From: an uncultured Verrucomicrobiae bacterium
GTDB lineage: Bacteria; Verrucomicrobiota; Verrucomicrobiia; Chthoniobacterales; UBA10450
Direction: 5' to 3'
DNA: 64,000 nt
NCBI GenBank assembly: GCA_963788855.1
Contig: CAWBIE010000001.1
Location: 89,437 to 153,436, forward strand
Shown here: positions 38,977 through 47,914 of the stretch, piece by piece
How positions within the stretch are numbered: the first letter of the stretch is position 1
How the letters are laid out: each line of letters starts with the position of its first letter
The notes under the pieces: model-generated
The model's database searches: none
Told to the model about the DNA's origin: nothing
Seen by the model: the letters and a program-made list of their open reading frames with translations, nothing else
Translations under genes and position numbers: made by a program

Positions 38977-39888
38977 TCAGAATCCGCCGCCCCAGCGGTA
39001 TTGCCATGCAATGCCAACGGCATCGAAGTCGTGTTTCCGATCTCCGTTGAAGCCGGTGACGCCGTAGAACTTCACGGAATGATTGCGCGTCACGGGGAGC
39101 GCAAAGGTCGCGCCAAAACGCGGGCCCTCCTGCTGATCGTTATTTTTCACGCCATTGACCGTGGTGCGTCCGCCGACAAAATACCCGGCATTTACCGCCA
39201 GCCAGCAACTGGGCACAAAGGTGTAGCTGAGGTTTGTCTGGACGGAGTAGATCGGTGCCTGGGCGCGTGTTTGTCCGCCGAAAAAGTCGCCGTTGTTGGT
39301 GTAGAGAGTGACGGCGGGCGCGACCTCGGCCGTCCATCGTCCGAACGCTTTCGAGCAACCGATCTCGGGCTTCAGTGACCAGCGATTGCTGCCGATGTTT
39401 ACGAGTTTTGTGTCGTCGTATTGTCCGAGCGGGACGAAAACGCGCAGACTCGCGCCGAGGATTAAATCCTGGTGGTATTTCTTGAACTCAGCGGCCGTCA
39501 ACGCGGGCGCGCCGATGAAGTTGATCGAGAATCGAAACGCCGGGTCGCCGAAGCCGGTCACGAACCTTTCGTGCGGGATGCCAAAGACGAGGCCTTTGGC
39601 AAACAGCGAGCCGTATGGCACGATCACGTCGACCTTTGCCGATTTGCCGAGCACGTTGAGTGTTCTGGCGAAAGCTAAGACGCCGATGTTCGCGTCGTTG
39701 GTCACGTTCTCCAGTGGCAACGCGGGGTCGGTTAGCACACTGCCTGTGGCATAGCCGTAACCTGCGATGAGGAAATTGAGACCGGTCGGCGAGTTGCTGT
39801 AGGCGCGTGGTTCAAGGTCCTGGGCACGAAGGGCGGAGCAGAGCACGATTGCCGCGAGAATGACTGCGACGACGGTGACGTGGCGCAT
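38977..39888 (-). CDS. Outer-membrane beta-barrel transporter (MetA-pathway phenol-degradation-like family)
   Basis: Signal peptide, then QDLEPRAYSNSPTGLNFLIAGYGYATGSV, alternating beta-strand pattern, C-terminal aromatic residue (GGGF). The family call is from memory of PF13557-type proteins. Confidence 0.6.
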   Translation of the reverse strand: MRHVTVVAVILAAIVLCSALRAQDLEPRAYSNSPTGLNFLIAGYGYATGSVLTDPALPLENVTNDANIGVLAFARTLNVLGKSAKVDVIVPYGSLFAKGLVFGIPHERFVTGFGDPAFRFSINFIGAPALTAAEFKKYHQDLILGASLRVFVPLGQYDDTKLVNIGSNRWSLKPEIGCSKAFGRWTAEVAPAVTLYTNNGDFFGGQTRAQAPIYSVQTNLSYTFVPSCWLAVNAGYFVGGRTTVNGVKNNDQQEGPRFGATFALPVTRNHSVKFYGVTGFNGDRKHDFDAVGIAWQYRWGGGF

Positions 39889-40142
39889 GGCGCTCTCTTA
39901 GTATCATGAACGCTACCGACCGGGCGAATCAGAATCCGTGTGGTCCTGAGCGCGCGCCAGAGAGTCGAAGGGCACCTGATTTCGGTCCTCGGAATCGTAG
40001 CCTTGCTCGCCGCGATGTTTCGGCGGTAGCCTGCGCGGACGGGCCGCGCTCAATTTCGGGCTCTCTCTTATATATATGGATACGCAGCCCTCGTGTGAAC
40101 TTACGGCAGGATTGCACCATGAGCCAAACTGCTGCATCGGTC

Positions 40143-40165
40143 TCGAATCCCGTTAAGGTCGCGCC
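40143..40165 (+). repeat. Direct copy of the 3' end of tRNA-Glu (att-like site or tRNA remnant)
   Basis: tcgaatcccgttaaggtcgcgcc versus tRNA-Glu 32219-32241 tcgaatcccgttagggtcgcgcc is 22/23 identical, same orientation. It includes 4 nt beyond the mature tRNA end. Upstream 40097-40142 folds only poorly as a tRNA. Confidence 0.6.
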
Positions 40166-40219
40166 GGTGGTAACGCAAAGAATTGTCAGGAGTTCGGCGA
40201 TCCGCTTCGATATTCGATT

Positions 40220-42046
40220 GTGCTCCGTTCGTTCCTAGCGAGACCCAATGCCAGAACCTGGATTGGGGCGATGGTTATCGTGGGCGCGGCGGGGTTTTTA
40301 TATTTTCTAACGGCGGCTCGCGACATCGTCGTGGGGGATACGCCGGAAATGATCTTGGTAGCGGCCACCCTGGGCGTAGCACATGCGCCGGGCTATCCGC
40401 TCTTCGCCATGGTCGGCCACCTCTTTAGTTTAATACCGCTCGGTTCGATCCCGTTTCGGCTGAATCTTCTCTCGGCTACGTGCGACGCTTTCGCGGTTGG
40501 TCTTGTTTACTTCACTGCAGTCCGTCTCACCCGCTCCCGGCTGGCCGCCGCCGTGGCGGCTTTGGTCCTCGCGACAAACCCCCTTTTCTGGTCGTGGTCG
40601 CTGGTGAGCGAGGTGTTTCCCTTAAATAATCTGCTCGCCGCTCTGCTGATTTATCTTCTTATCATCTGGCGCGACCAACCAGAGTGTTCCGGTTTTTTAG
40701 TAGCGATTTTTTTTGTGGCCGGACTGGCCCTCACGAACCATCAAACCATTATACTGCTGGCTCCGGCCTTTTGCCTTGTCCTGTGGCAACGGCGCGCATT
40801 TCTGCGGACACGAGTTGGGTTTCTGGCAATTTGTGCGGGCGCCTTCCTGATCGGCCTCTTGCCGTATGCTTATGTGCCGTGGGCGTCGGCGCATCATCCC
40901 CCGTACAACTGGGGTAACGTCTCTTCATTTGGCGATCTTATCGGGCTCATAAGGCGACGGGCTTATGGCACCGGTCATCTCGTTAGCGTGGCGGAATACA
41001 TGGGCGGTTCTGGACTGGCGAGAATTGTTGCTCTAATCAGGTCTTTCGGGCCAATGACAGGCACGTTGGCGTTGCTAGGCGCGGTCGGGGCTTATCGGCG
41101 CCAGCGATGGTATTTCTGGTTCAGTCTGATCGCCTTCCTTTGTGTCGGTCCCTTTTTTGTCTGGATCACCAATCTCAATCTCGCCACCGCCCCGTCGGCG
41201 TTGTTCGTGTTGCAGCGTTTTTTTCTGCTGTCACAAGTCGTCCTCGCGCCTTTGTTGGCTTTCGGCGTTTTGCTAATCGCCCAAGTTATCGCGCGATACC
41301 TGCCGACACTGACCGTTTGGCCTTTGCGCCTGGCTGCGGCCGGATGCCTCCTGGCAGTCGCTTTCCTCGTCCTGAGCAATTACCGACGCCTTGATCAAAG
41401 CCGGAATTTTATCGCACGTCACTTCGGCGAGGACGTATTCGCCACGATTGAGCCCGGTTCCATCCTTCTCATCACGGGTGATGCCGTTGTTTTTCCGCTG
41501 CTCTATCTCCAGAACGTCGACGGCGTCGGACAAGGGACGACCCTGATCGTGCTGCCCTTTCTGTCGTTCGACTGGTATGTGCGTCAACTGAAAGAGCGGC
41601 ATCCGGAATTGATCATTCCATTCGATCGTTATGACGGCCGAACCGATAATTTGAGAAAGCTGGTCGACGCGAACAGCCGCCGAACCATCTACATTGCGGG
41701 GACGATTGGAAACAACGATAACAGTCTCGACGACGGTTACTGGCCGTATCAACACGGCCTTCTCACCATCGTCGAGCCGAAAGCAAAACGACTGGCGCTA
41801 CGAGACATGGTTTATGAGAACGAATCCCTGCTGAATCGCTGGCACCCTCCCGCCTACCAGGCGATTCGAGCCAACACGTTTGAGACCGACCTCCTTACCA
41901 TGTATACGTGGCCGGCTTTTCGCATCGGTTCCGACTGCGAGCGCGTCGGCTTGAACCAAGAGGCGCGAGTCTGGTATGAGCGCGCCCTCGGCGTTAATCC
42001 GCAATTTGTCCTGGCTCGCGACGCCCTGGCGCGATTGCAACCTTGA
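40220..42046 (+). CDS. DUF2723 (TMEM260-like) polytopic membrane glycosyltransferase with a C-terminal TPR-like tail
   Basis: Intact 608-aa ORF. VVGDTPEMILVAATLGVAHAPGYPLFAMVGHLF is the DUF2723 signature region. More than 10 predicted TM helices. C-terminus ARVWYERALGVNPQFVLARDALARL. Confidence 0.7.
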   Translation: MLRSFLARPNARTWIGAMVIVGAAGFLYFLTAARDIVVGDTPEMILVAATLGVAHAPGYPLFAMVGHLFSLIPLGSIPFRLNLLSATCDAFAVGLVYFTAVRLTRSRLAAAVAALVLATNPLFWSWSLVSEVFPLNNLLAALLIYLLIIWRDQPECSGFLVAIFFVAGLALTNHQTIILLAPAFCLVLWQRRAFLRTRVGFLAICAGAFLIGLLPYAYVPWASAHHPPYNWGNVSSFGDLIGLIRRRAYGTGHLVSVAEYMGGSGLARIVALIRSFGPMTGTLALLGAVGAYRRQRWYFWFSLIAFLCVGPFFVWITNLNLATAPSALFVLQRFFLLSQVVLAPLLAFGVLLIAQVIARYLPTLTVWPLRLAAAGCLLAVAFLVLSNYRRLDQSRNFIARHFGEDVFATIEPGSILLITGDAVVFPLLYLQNVDGVGQGTTLIVLPFLSFDWYVRQLKERHPELIIPFDRYDGRTDNLRKLVDANSRRTIYIAGTIGNNDNSLDDGYWPYQHGLLTIVEPKAKRLALRDMVYENESLLNRWHPPAYQAIRANTFETDLLTMYTWPAFRIGSDCERVGLNQEARVWYERALGVNPQFVLARDALARLQP

Positions 42047-42056
42047 TTCACGCCAC

Positions 42057-43856
42057 ATGAGCAGCAACGTCGCGCCGAGTACGCCGAAACGAGCCGGCGG
42101 AAAATTCTGGCGTGATATTGCTGCGGCCGTTCTGCTCGTTGCCGTCATCACAGCCGCGTGGTGTAACGCCAACTCGATGTGGAACCGCGCCGCGTGGAAG
42201 CTTCCTTCCGCCTACATCGGTCCCTACCAGGGTCCGTTGAGTTCGAAAACGGATGTGCTCCTGCATTTGGCTTTTATTCGCGCCGCGCGGGATGGCCATT
42301 TTGTGCCTCTCCGTTCGAAGATCGTGCCGGAATTGGGCGCCCCTAACGACGGAAATTGGAATGATTGGCCAATTACCGAGGAGATACCTATCTATGCCAT
42401 GGGATTACTGGCGCGCGCGTTTGGGATCTTCGCTGCGCTCAATCTCGCGCTGCTCAGCTGCCATTTGCTGGCCGGCCTGGCATTTTACTTTGTCAGTCGC
42501 CACCGCGCTGTCAGCATTATCTGGTCGTTTACGGCTGCGCTGGCCTTTGGTCTGGCTTCTTACATTTTTTCGCAATCACCCGATCACGTGCTCGTAGCGT
42601 TGTGCTGGCACGTGCCGCTATTTCTGGTGGTCTGGGGCTGGGTGGCATCCGAACCAGGGATAGAACTCGGCTCGAGGCGCTTTTGGTTCGGGGTCGTGGT
42701 GGGACTGCTGGCGGGTCTGCAGATGCCTTATTACTCCGGAATATTTTGCCAACTGGTCCTGCTCGGCGGGGTCGCCATGTTCGTCCGCACGCACAACAAC
42801 TGGCGGCGTTTGCTTGCGCCGATCTGCTTCGTCGCAGCGACGGCCTTCGCTTTCGCTCTCATGAACGTCGACACCTGGATGTATCGCCTGAAATTCGGGT
42901 CGAATCCGGGTGCGCTCGTCCGGGAGTATCAATGGCTCGAAGTTTATGGACTAAAACTTGTCGATCTCATCGTGCCGCCGCTGAACCATCGCTGGGAAAT
43001 GTTTCGCAGTTTTGCGCAATGGCGGGCGCACACCCAGATTTTGCACGACGAAGGCTCGTATTTCGGAATCATCGGGATTGCCGCGCTCCTGCTCCTGGCC
43101 GGCGTCGCTTTACGGGCGCTTTGCCAGCGCGGCTCATCGCGCATCCCAAAGGAAGCCTGGCAGGTTCTCTGGGTCTTTGTTTTTTTCACGACGGGCGGCC
43201 TGAACGCGATCGCCGGTCTGCTCGGCTTTACATTCTTCCGCGCCGGGTGCCGTTTCAGTATCGTTATTCTGGCGATCTCGCTTCTTTTCGCCGCCGAATT
43301 TCTGACCCGGCGAGTCCGGGGTCACATCTGGCCAGCCGCAGTGGCGGGTGCGCTTTGCTGTTTCGTCATTCTTCTCGATCAAGTTCCAGCGCCAGCTTCG
43401 GCGCAAGAGCGGGCGGTGATCGCGCAACAGGTTTCCTCCGATCAAAAATTTGTCACCGACATCGAATCCACGCTTGCAAAAGAAGCGCCCCTGTTTCCGC
43501 TTCCCGCAAAGGAAGCTCTGGTTTTCCAACTTCCGGTGATGGATTTTCCGGAGGCGCCTCTGCGCGATGTGAGCGCCTACGACCATTTGCGGCCTTACTT
43601 ATACAGCCATCATTTGCGCTTTTCTTTTGGCTCAATGAAAGGTCGCTCCCGCGAACAATGGCAGCACGATTTGACCAGTTTATCGCTCCCGGACGTGATC
43701 ACCGAGCTGAAGAAGCGCGGTTTCAGCGGTCTCTACGTAAATCGGAATGCCTATCCCGACAAGGCACGCGGCATCGAAGAGAGCCTGCGATCGCTCGGAA
43801 ACGACAAGAGGATCGATAGCGCTGAGGGCGATCTCTTCTTCGTTCCGTTCGATTAG
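42057..43856 (+). CDS. Hypothetical polytopic membrane protein with a C-terminal soluble domain (function unknown)
   Basis: ATG 42057 (MSSNVAPSTPKRAGGKFW...), 11 nt after the previous stop. Many TM segments, then a ~150-aa soluble tail. Co-oriented and tightly spaced with the DUF2723 gene. No family recognised with confidence. Confidence 0.5.
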   Translation: MSSNVAPSTPKRAGGKFWRDIAAAVLLVAVITAAWCNANSMWNRAAWKLPSAYIGPYQGPLSSKTDVLLHLAFIRAARDGHFVPLRSKIVPELGAPNDGNWNDWPITEEIPIYAMGLLARAFGIFAALNLALLSCHLLAGLAFYFVSRHRAVSIIWSFTAALAFGLASYIFSQSPDHVLVALCWHVPLFLVVWGWVASEPGIELGSRRFWFGVVVGLLAGLQMPYYSGIFCQLVLLGGVAMFVRTHNNWRRLLAPICFVAATAFAFALMNVDTWMYRLKFGSNPGALVREYQWLEVYGLKLVDLIVPPLNHRWEMFRSFAQWRAHTQILHDEGSYFGIIGIAALLLLAGVALRALCQRGSSRIPKEAWQVLWVFVFFTTGGLNAIAGLLGFTFFRAGCRFSIVILAISLLFAAEFLTRRVRGHIWPAAVAGALCCFVILLDQVPAPASAQERAVIAQQVSSDQKFVTDIESTLAKEAPLFPLPAKEALVFQLPVMDFPEAPLRDVSAYDHLRPYLYSHHLRFSFGSMKGRSREQWQHDLTSLSLPDVITELKKRGFSGLYVNRNAYPDKARGIEESLRSLGNDKRIDSAEGDLFFVPFD

Positions 43857-43966
43857 AGATGGAGGTAATCACAGCAGTGCTGAATCTGACGACGCACTTC
43901 GGCAAGATGTCTGCAAGATTTTGGTGGCGTATCAGCTGCGTGCCGTGAGAGTTTGAGCCGATTCCT

Positions 43967-46042
43967 ATGATCCCTAAACCATTCAACATTCTTCGTGCGA
44001 TTCCGTTTTTGATCTGCCTGTCGACGCTCGCGGCCGACAATGCGGGTAAGCCGCAATACGGGACCTGGGGTTTCGACTCGGCGGGCGCGGACATGGCAAC
44101 CAAACCGGGCGACAATTTTTTCCGTTACGCCAACGGAACCTGGATCGACAAAACCCAAATTCCGCCGGACAAACCGGGTTATTCGCTTCGGCTGGCCATG
44201 AGCGACCTGACCGAGCAACGCCTGCATGAAATGCTGGAAGCCGCTGCCACCAGTGGCGAAACACCGCCGGTGACGCTGCAGGGAAAAGTGGGGGCATTCT
44301 ATCAGGCCTTCATGGATGAAGCGCGGGTCGAAAAATTGGGAGCCAATCCCATTGCGCCCCAGCTGGCAGAGGTCAAGGCGGCCAAGTCCCGGGATGAACT
44401 GGCCCTTTTGATGGGCCGGACTGCGACCGATGTCGAGTCATCGCTCTTCAACTACAGCATCGATGTGGATTTGAAAGATCCTAGCCGGTATGCGTTCTAT
44501 GTGACGCAGGGGGGGCTTGGTCTACCCGATCGCGATTACTATCTGAAGCCGGATTTTGCGGCACCCAAGGCGGCGTATCAAAAATATATCGCGACGATAC
44601 TGCACCTGGTGAAGTGGCCGGAGCCGGACGCGCGGGCCAAAGACGTAGTCGATTTCGAGACGCGGGTGGCGGAAGCGAGCTGGACCAAGGCGCAGCAGCG
44701 CGACCCGATCGCAACTTATAACCCAATGACGGCGGCTGAGCTTGAGAAACTGGCCCCGGGCTTTGCCTGGCAGGGATTCCTGGAAAGCGCAAAGATGGCC
44801 AAGGTTCCGCGGGTGATCGTCGGGGAGAGGAGCGCGTTTCCGAAGCTCACATCCGTTTACGCGAAGGCGCCGCTGGAGACAATTCGAGCGTGGCACGCAT
44901 TTCACATCGCCGATAATGCCGCGCCTTATCTTTCGAAGGCCTTCACCGAAGCGTACTTCGAAATGCACAACAAGACCCTGTCGGGTCAGCGCGAACAGCA
45001 GGTCCGTTGGAAGCGCGCGATTACCGCGGTAGGGGGCGGCGATTTTGGAGTGGGCGACCGATTCGGCACGTTCGGTACGATGGGCTTTGCGGTGGGCGAG
45101 CTTTACACCGCGAAGTATTTCCCGCCGGAAGCGAAGGCCAAGATCGAAGCTCTTGTGGCGAATGTGAAAGATGCTTTCCACGCGCGCCTGGAGAAACTCG
45201 ACTGGATGGGCGACGCCACTAAAGCCGAAGCGCTTAAGAAGCTAGACACTTATACGATCAAGGTCGGTTACCCCGATCACCCACGCGATTATTCGAAGCT
45301 GGAGATTCGGCGTGACGATCTGGTTGGGGACGTGCTCCGGGCTGCGGCGGCTGATTGGACTTTCTACACGGGCCGCTTTTTCGGGCCGGTGGATCGCGGC
45401 GATTGGGGGATGACGCCGCAAACGAACGATGCCTACAACGGTTCTCTCCGGGACATTGTTTTCCCGGCTGGAATTCTGCAGCCGCCCGTCTTCGATCCCA
45501 ACGCGGATCCCGCCATCAATTACGGAGCGGCGGGCGCGATCATTGGACACGAACTCACCCACGGCTTCGACGACCAGGGGCGCAAGATTGATGCTTCAGG
45601 TGCGTTGCGCGATTGGTGGACGGCAAAGGACGCGAGCACGTTCCAGGCGCGCGCCGCGATGCTGGGGAAACAATTTTCAGAGTATGAGCCGATTCCCGGA
45701 GCGCACGTTAACGGCGAACTGACGATGGGTGAGAACATTGCCGATCTGGGTGGGGTGACCCTGGCGCTGGCCGCTTATCGCGCGTCGTTGCATGGGCAGC
45801 CGGCTCCGGTAATTGACGGCCTAACAGGCGATCAGCGCGTATTTCTCGGCTGGGCTCAGGCCTGGCGCGGCAAGGTGTCGGACGATTTTGTGCGCAAACA
45901 GGTCGTGAGCGACCCGCATTCCCCGCGCCAGTTCCGTGTCATCGGACCGACCCGCAACGTGGACGAGTGGTATGATGCCTACCACGTTCAACCTGACGAC
46001 AAGATGTATGTCGCGCCCGAGAACCGCGTGCACATCTGGTAA
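43967..46042 (+). CDS. M13 family zinc metallopeptidase (PepO/endothelin-converting-enzyme-like)
   Basis: Intact 691-aa ORF with signal/anchor, NAYYN-like NDAYNGSL, zinc motif GAIIGHELTHGFDDQG and the downstream GENIADLGG glutamate motif. Confidence 0.88.
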   Translation: MIPKPFNILRAIPFLICLSTLAADNAGKPQYGTWGFDSAGADMATKPGDNFFRYANGTWIDKTQIPPDKPGYSLRLAMSDLTEQRLHEMLEAAATSGETPPVTLQGKVGAFYQAFMDEARVEKLGANPIAPQLAEVKAAKSRDELALLMGRTATDVESSLFNYSIDVDLKDPSRYAFYVTQGGLGLPDRDYYLKPDFAAPKAAYQKYIATILHLVKWPEPDARAKDVVDFETRVAEASWTKAQQRDPIATYNPMTAAELEKLAPGFAWQGFLESAKMAKVPRVIVGERSAFPKLTSVYAKAPLETIRAWHAFHIADNAAPYLSKAFTEAYFEMHNKTLSGQREQQVRWKRAITAVGGGDFGVGDRFGTFGTMGFAVGELYTAKYFPPEAKAKIEALVANVKDAFHARLEKLDWMGDATKAEALKKLDTYTIKVGYPDHPRDYSKLEIRRDDLVGDVLRAAAADWTFYTGRFFGPVDRGDWGMTPQTNDAYNGSLRDIVFPAGILQPPVFDPNADPAINYGAAGAIIGHELTHGFDDQGRKIDASGALRDWWTAKDASTFQARAAMLGKQFSEYEPIPGAHVNGELTMGENIADLGGVTLALAAYRASLHGQPAPVIDGLTGDQRVFLGWAQAWRGKVSDDFVRKQVVSDPHSPRQFRVIGPTRNVDEWYDAYHVQPDDKMYVAPENRVHIW

Positions 46043-46060
46043 AGTCCGGTCGGGTGCTAA

Positions 46061-47188
46061 TTAGACAACCTGGAGAGATCCTTGCAGCACTGGCCGCCCG
46101 GGTTTCGACGAAGTTACTGGTGCACGTAGCGGGGGTACTTCGCACCAGCCCGCATCGTTGAAGGTAATCGACCGGCGACTAAGTTTGAGGAAGATGGACG
46201 AATCTGGAGAGAATAGGCCGCGCGTAGGAATATTGATCTCCATCCCTGTCAGGCAGCTGCCTTCCAAGGCTGCGATCGACAGGCCAGTCCCTGTGACGCC
46301 GTCGGCCATCTCCGCCTGTGCACTTTTCGCGGAAAGGCGAATAACTGCGGAACGCAGGCCGCCCCGGTACGAATAGCCAATCGTGAGAAGACTCAGATCA
46401 CGATCGACGATTTTTTTTCGCTGCGGGAGATAGATTATTAGCCGCTGCGGCTCACGGGACACAATTTGAATACCCGGTTCGGATATGGCTGCCGGCGGGC
46501 CGTCAAAAGCCAGGAATTGCTCCGGTCGCTCGGCGTAACGCAGAAAGCGATTGCGCGATAGCCTCAATTGGGTGCGGTGACACTGAATTGCTCTCACCTT
46601 TGTCGCGACTTCCCGCGGAGTCCCGGCGAGTGGCTCCGCGTCTGCAAAAAATCCGGCGTTTTTGCCGTGTACCGCGAATTGCCACGTTCTGTCCGGAGCG
46701 GTTTCCGGTGCGATTCGCCTCAAAATGACAAGCAGCATGACGGCTAGCGCATTGTGGTCCGGATGGGCGTCTGCTGTGGATGGGAAGAGGATATCGGTCG
46801 GGGCGAAATCTTCGATTAGACTCTGCAACATTGGCAGCGTGGAAGCATGCCCGCGCATAAGCAGATTAGTTAGGCCTTGATCTGGCAGTCCCAAAAAGCG
46901 CACATCTTCCAGCCGCAGACCGAGAGCAAGCAGCGCAGCTTGCGCCTCCAGTTGTCGCAATTTTCCCCAGCGAGCGCGCTCCGTCTGACCGATCCGCCAT
47001 TTTCGCTCGATTACCCGCTGCGGCCACGGGTTATTTTCACCGTCGGTTGCATACATGACGCGGACTGACGCTCCGGCCGCCACTGCTCGCTGAATTGGGA
47101 TGCTGCAGGCAAGAGACTCGTCGTCAGGGTGCGGTGCGAAAACCATCAGCCTGGACCCTTTGGTGAATGAAATTCGGGATGCTGTCAC
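46061..47188 (-). CDS. PIG-L/LmbE family de-N-acetylase with an extra C-terminal domain
   Basis: MVFAPHPDDESLACS, YATDGENN and TADAHPDHNALAVM are the PIG-L family metal-binding motifs. About 150 additional C-terminal residues of unknown function. Confidence 0.75.
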   Translation of the reverse strand: MTASRISFTKGSRLMVFAPHPDDESLACSIPIQRAVAAGASVRVMYATDGENNPWPQRVIERKWRIGQTERARWGKLRQLEAQAALLALGLRLEDVRFLGLPDQGLTNLLMRGHASTLPMLQSLIEDFAPTDILFPSTADAHPDHNALAVMLLVILRRIAPETAPDRTWQFAVHGKNAGFFADAEPLAGTPREVATKVRAIQCHRTQLRLSRNRFLRYAERPEQFLAFDGPPAAISEPGIQIVSREPQRLIIYLPQRKKIVDRDLSLLTIGYSYRGGLRSAVIRLSAKSAQAEMADGVTGTGLSIAALEGSCLTGMEINIPTRGLFSPDSSIFLKLSRRSITFNDAGWCEVPPLRAPVTSSKPGRPVLQGSLQVV

Positions 47189-47578
47189 GCCGTTACAAGA
47201 GCACTAAATGAGGAGAACAAGCGACCTTATTTTTACATAGGATTGCCCCCATTTATCCATGATAGACTGTGGACGCCGCCAATCAACCTCAGTTCGGTGA
47301 GACCGGAGCTCTCCGGTAACAAGATAGGGGTTGCGCTTAATGAGCGGGTTCGAATTTGGTAAGAAAGCAAGCCGCATCGTCCGATCGCGCGCCGATCCCG
47401 GCTTTGTTCGTTTAATCAACTTCCCAGCAGGCGAGTCCGTCGAGTGTCGATTGAATGCGCAGGCCGTGAAATTGTTCTTCGACAAGACGAAGATCGTCTG
47501 TAGTGGAGATCCCGACGAGCGGCGGAGCCGGTGGGCTTTGCTGTATTTGATCGAGCGTAAGATTCACCAAGTGAGACC

Positions 47579-47914
47579 TTAGGTCGCCGTAGAAGAGATA
47601 AAACTCCTCTGGCAGCATATGGGCCAAATCCGGAGAGCGAGTTCAGCATTCTTAAGCCGCGGAAGTGTCAACGCACTAAGCCAATACTGTAATGGTGGCT
47701 TGATCCCGGTGAGTTGAAAATTGTCGTGCACGGACCATGGACTCAACAAGAGCATTTCGCGCGAACGCTCTGCCGTGAGGAATTCAGCGTCCCCGCCTAG
47801 GAGGGTGCGATGACTTTCAAAGCCGAGCCAGCCAAAGATACAAATCGTCATCAGAGTGGCCGCTGCAATCGACCTCACAGGCGAAGGAGCGTTATCTCTC
47901 ATGGTTGACGTCAT
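47579..47914 (-). pseudogene. N-terminal fragment of an ArnT/PMT-like (GT-C) glycosyltransferase; truncated
   Basis: TM1, then GGDAEFLTAERSREMLLL...TGIKPPLQYWLSALTL...ELALRIWP is the typical first loop of GT39/GT83 enzymes. Only ~110 aa are present, and just ~390 nt of unassignable sequence remain before the next gene. Confidence 0.45.

Noticed and set aside
39906-40238. 110-aa ORF covering the tRNA-like remnant
   Set aside because: It contains the duplicated tRNA 3' end and has no protein-like features. It is treated as non-coding.
42365-43819. 484-aa ORF on the + strand overlapping the 42057-43856 membrane-protein gene in another frame
   Set aside because: Its translation is Arg/Ala/Pro/Gly-rich with no motifs, which is typical of an alternative-frame artefact in GC-rich DNA. 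The other frame gives a coherent polytopic membrane protein.
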